Source: Lachnospiraceae bacterium
Lineage (GTDB): Bacteria > Bacillota_I > Bacilli_A > RFN20 > CAG-449
Assembly: GCA_963648895.1 (NCBI GenBank)
Contig: CAVJGK010000002.1
Coordinates: forward strand, 1 to 51,956
Direction of reading: 5' to 3'
DNA: 51,956 nt
This document shows positions 49,033 through 51,956 of this stretch, one piece after another (the stretch's first letter is position 1; each line of letters starts with the position of its first letter). Under the pieces are notes generated by a model. The model was not told the origin of the DNA. It saw only the letters and a list, made by a program, of their open reading frames with translations, and searched no databases. Position numbers and translations under genes: made by a program.

Positions 49033-50067
49033 TTAGATGTGTTTTTCAATAAAGTCAAATATGCTATCCATTACTAATGGATCTAATTGATTTAATTTCT
49101 CTCTATCTAATGAATTATAATAAGCTTCATTAATACTTGGAGGTATCTTACCTTGATGTTCACCTTTTAATTCATAATATTCAATAGTTGTCTTATTATC
49201 ATAATCCGCAGCATCTTTAGTCACATATGCTTGATGATATCTATCTTCAACATCTAAGAATGTATAATGAGGATTATCTTCTAATTGAGTTTTAAAAAAT
49301 TCATGATTGAAATGATAATCAACTATTGTATCTTTATTTCCTGCGATTAGTAAATGATCAATATCACTTTGATTAAATGCATCAATAGAAGCATATATTC
49401 CTTTTTTACCAAACTTAAGGAAATCAAATATCATAAAGAAGAATTTAAATATTCCCATTGGTGTTCCAGATGTATGAGTTAATTCTTCATATAAACATCC
49501 ATAAGGAGTATTACAACTTGAGATAGATATAATACCATTTATTTTATGATTGAATCTAGTAATATTATTAACTGCATATCCACCCATGGAATGTCCTAAT
49601 AATATTAAAGGATAAGAAGATAAGTCTTTATCACTTTCCACATATTTTAAACAATCATCTAAATTGATTAATGAAGAAGTAAATCCTATAACACTTTTCC
49701 CATCACTTAATTCACAACCTCTAGTATCAAAAGCTAATACTTGATAATCTTTTGAAATTAATTCATTAATTATCTTCATATAAGGTTTATGACCAGGGCC
49801 TAAAGCATGAGTTAAAACTATTAATGCATTATAAGATTCAAATTCTTTAGAAGAATACAATTTACCATTGATATTTAATTTTTGTGATTTAAAAGAAATA
49901 GGTTTTTCTTGCATCGAAGGAAAATCGCTTGTTTCATAATATTTTAAAGTATGTTTGTCATCATAACGGCATGAAAAGACATTCTTTCTAATTTTAATTC
50001 CCATCGCAAGAAGGATTAAGAATATAACAAGTAATATACCTATACAAATATATAAAAATATCCACAT
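49033..50067 (-). CDS. membrane-anchored alpha/beta-fold hydrolase (344 aa)
   Basis: ORF track; N-terminal TM; nucleophile elbow GHSMGG. Confidence 0.8.
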   Translation of the reverse strand: MWIFLYICIGILLVIFLILLAMGIKIRKNVFSCRYDDKHTLKYYETSDFPSMQEKPISFKSQKLNINGKLYSSKEFESYNALIVLTHALGPGHKPYMKIINELISKDYQVLAFDTRGCELSDGKSVIGFTSSLINLDDCLKYVESDKDLSSYPLILLGHSMGGYAVNNITRFNHKINGIISISSCNTPYGCLYEELTHTSGTPMGIFKFFFMIFDFLKFGKKGIYASIDAFNQSDIDHLLIAGNKDTIVDYHFNHEFFKTQLEDNPHYTFLDVEDRYHQAYVTKDAADYDNKTTIEYYELKGEHQGKIPPSINEAYYNSLDREKLNQLDPLVMDSIFDFIEKHI

Positions 50068-50068
50068 A

Positions 50069-50602
50069 TTATTTGTTTTCGATTAATTCATCAAAACTAT
50101 GAATACTCTTTTCAATAATTTTGATTGCTTCTTCTCTACCTTTAACTTCAGAGACGAAAGTCTTTTTACCTTCTAATTGTTTATATACTTTAAAGAAGTG
50201 GCAGATTTCATCCATGATGTGCTTAGGTAATTCAGAAACATCGCGGTAAACATTTAATGAAGGATCATCTTTACAAATCGCGATAATCTTTTCATCTTCC
50301 ATTTCTGAATCAATCATTTTAATAACACCGATTGGATAGCATCTTACTAAACATAAAGGTTGAATAGGTTCTTGACACATGACAAGAACATCTAATGGGT
50401 CATTATCTCCTGCATATGTTCTTGGAATAAATCCATAGTTTTGAGGATAGTGGGTAGAAGTATATAAAACACGATCAAGAATTAATCTTCCTGTTTTCTT
50501 ATCGAGTTCGTATTTCATTTTGCTTCCTTTTGAAATTTCAATACATGCGATGAATTCCTCTTTTGAAATTCTATCTTTGTCCATATCTTTCCAAATATTC
50601 AT
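50069..50602 (-). CDS. ppa: family I inorganic pyrophosphatase
   Basis: ORF track; YPQNYGFIP, GDNDPLDVLV, DEKIIA. Confidence 0.92.
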   Translation of the reverse strand: MNIWKDMDKDRISKEEFIACIEISKGSKMKYELDKKTGRLILDRVLYTSTHYPQNYGFIPRTYAGDNDPLDVLVMCQEPIQPLCLVRCYPIGVIKMIDSEMEDEKIIAICKDDPSLNVYRDVSELPKHIMDEICHFFKVYKQLEGKKTFVSEVKGREEAIKIIEKSIHSFDELIENK

Positions 50603-50603
50603 T

Positions 50604-51812
50604 CTAATTTGTCTCCTTATTTAAATCTAAAGCAGCAAGACCACCTGTCGCGGTTTCTCTATACGCTTTATTTAGATCAATTCCTGTTTGATACATGGTT
50701 TTAACAACCATATCAAAAGAAATTAAATTTGATGTGGAATCAATAAAATCGGTTATTGATGCACATTCTATTGAACGTAACGCTCCTATAGCGTTTCTTT
50801 CAATACATGGTATTAAAACATATCCACCGATTGGATCGCAAGTTAAACCTAAAGAATGTTCCATAGCGATTTCTGCCGCACGTTCAATTAATTCAATACT
50901 TTGTCCTTTGATATTAGCGACAAATGCCGCGCCCATACTACTAGCCGAACCAATTTCTGCTTGGCAACCACATTCCGCCCCTGAAATAGATGCATTCTCT
51001 TTAATTAATAAACCAAGTAATCCTGCGACTAATAATGATTCAATAACTAGTTTATGAGAATAACCTTGTTCTTCATAATATCTTACTAAACTTGGTATGA
51101 TACCACTAGATCCACATGTAGGAGATGTAACTACCATTCCACCAGAAGCATTTTCTTCACTAACGGCAAAGGCATAAGCAGAAACAAGTCTTTTTTCTTT
51201 TCTTGCACTTGATTCTTCAGGGACGCCTTTAGAATAGATTTCTTTTGCTTTGCGATAAACGCTTATAGAGCCTGGTAATCTACCTTCTTTTTGTAAACCA
51301 GAAGAAATACAATTCATCATTGTTTGATAAATCTCTTCACCATATTCTTTGATATCTTCATCTTCAAATTTATAAATGTAATCAATTAATGTTAAATTAT
51401 TTTCTTTGCAATATTTTTTAATATCATCAAAATGTGAATGAGGATAAATTTCTTTATAATGTTTTTCCTCTTCACCTTTGATTTTAATTATCCCTCCTCC
51501 AATGGAGTAGATAGTTGCTGTATCTATGATTTTATCATCTTTAATAATTTCAAAATACATTGTATTTGGATGTTCTTTTGTAGTATTTAAGTCAAAGATA
51601 ATTTCATGAGGAATATCTTTAAAAGTTTCATCGACAATTTTATCAAGTAAATGTCCTTTGCCAGTTAGTGCCAAAGATCCATAAAGATACATTTTATAAA
51701 AATCACCTTTTGGGCGGTATTTTAAAATATATCTAACTGCATTTCTTGGACCAATTGTATGAGATGAACTTGGGCCTGGCCCTATTTTATATAATGTTTT
51801 AATTGAATACAT
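50604..51812 (-). CDS. sdaA: L-serine ammonia-lyase (iron-sulfur dependent, single-chain form), 402 aa from the ATG at 51812
   Basis: ORF track ORF 50604-51833 starts at a GTG. The ATG at 51812 follows a GAGG RBS and gives MYSIKTLYKIGPGPSSSHTIGP. Blocks TGKGH, SPTCGSSG and ECGCQAEIG. Confidence 0.85.
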   Translation of the reverse strand: MYSIKTLYKIGPGPSSSHTIGPRNAVRYILKYRPKGDFYKMYLYGSLALTGKGHLLDKIVDETFKDIPHEIIFDLNTTKEHPNTMYFEIIKDDKIIDTATIYSIGGGIIKIKGEEEKHYKEIYPHSHFDDIKKYCKENNLTLIDYIYKFEDEDIKEYGEEIYQTMMNCISSGLQKEGRLPGSISVYRKAKEIYSKGVPEESSARKEKRLVSAYAFAVSEENASGGMVVTSPTCGSSGIIPSLVRYYEEQGYSHKLVIESLLVAGLLGLLIKENASISGAECGCQAEIGSASSMGAAFVANIKGQSIELIERAAEIAMEHSLGLTCDPIGGYVLIPCIERNAIGALRSIECASITDFIDSTSNLISFDMVVKTMYQTGIDLNKAYRETATGGLAALDLNKETN

Positions 51813-51882
51813 AATCAATACCTCGTTACGCACAAGTATTATATAATTTTTATTTAAAAATAAATAGTATTTTTTTGCATAG

Positions 51883-51932
51883 AAAAAGGACTGTTGTCCA
51901 ACCTACTATTTTAGGTTTTTCAACAATCCTTT
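51883..51932 (-). terminator. rho-independent terminator of the gene lying beyond the right window edge
   Basis: minus strand AAGGATTGTTG..AACCT-AAAATAGT-AGGTT..CAACAGTCCTT followed by TTTTC. Confidence 0.55.
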
Positions 51933-51956
51933 AAAGTTTACTTAATTAATCCACTT

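Overview
AT-rich (about 30% G+C by eye) chromosome segment of a Bacillota/Mollicutes-like organism (Erysipelotrichia or Acholeplasma type). It uses the standard code: TGA serves as a stop and Trp is TGG. Every gene I can support lies on the minus strand. Read along the minus strand (high to low coordinates) the window holds: sdaA-ppa-alpha/beta hydrolase; a compact ToxIN/AbiQ-like type III toxin-antitoxin module (promoter, three 37-nt RNA repeats, attenuating terminator, ToxN-family toxin) sitting directly upstream of the str operon (rpsL-rpsG-fusA-tuf); a lysine riboswitch (L-box) controlling a polar amino-acid ABC importer whose binding protein looks circularly permuted; a short deformylase-like gene; tgt-queA-queH plus an overlapping unknown gene; the complete S10-spc-alpha ribosomal cluster (rpsJ to rplQ, no rpmD, with rpmJ that is missing from the ORF track) behind a strong promoter and a G+C-rich structured leader; udk; a single tRNA-Lys(CTT); two RDD membrane proteins; a roughly 11-kb surface nucleic-acid scavenging locus (three OB-fold-like surface proteins, one a staphylococcal-nuclease lipoprotein, plus a CUT1-type ABC importer with two paralogous binding lipoproteins); uvrA-hprK-lgt-trxB; and whiA with a coupled small XRE regulator. 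No rRNA, CRISPR array, transposase or integrase was seen. The most interesting item is the type III TA / abortive-infection module at 48221-48937, whose RNA antitoxin cannot be found by ORF-based annotation. All homology statements rest on my own recognition of motifs, not on database searches.
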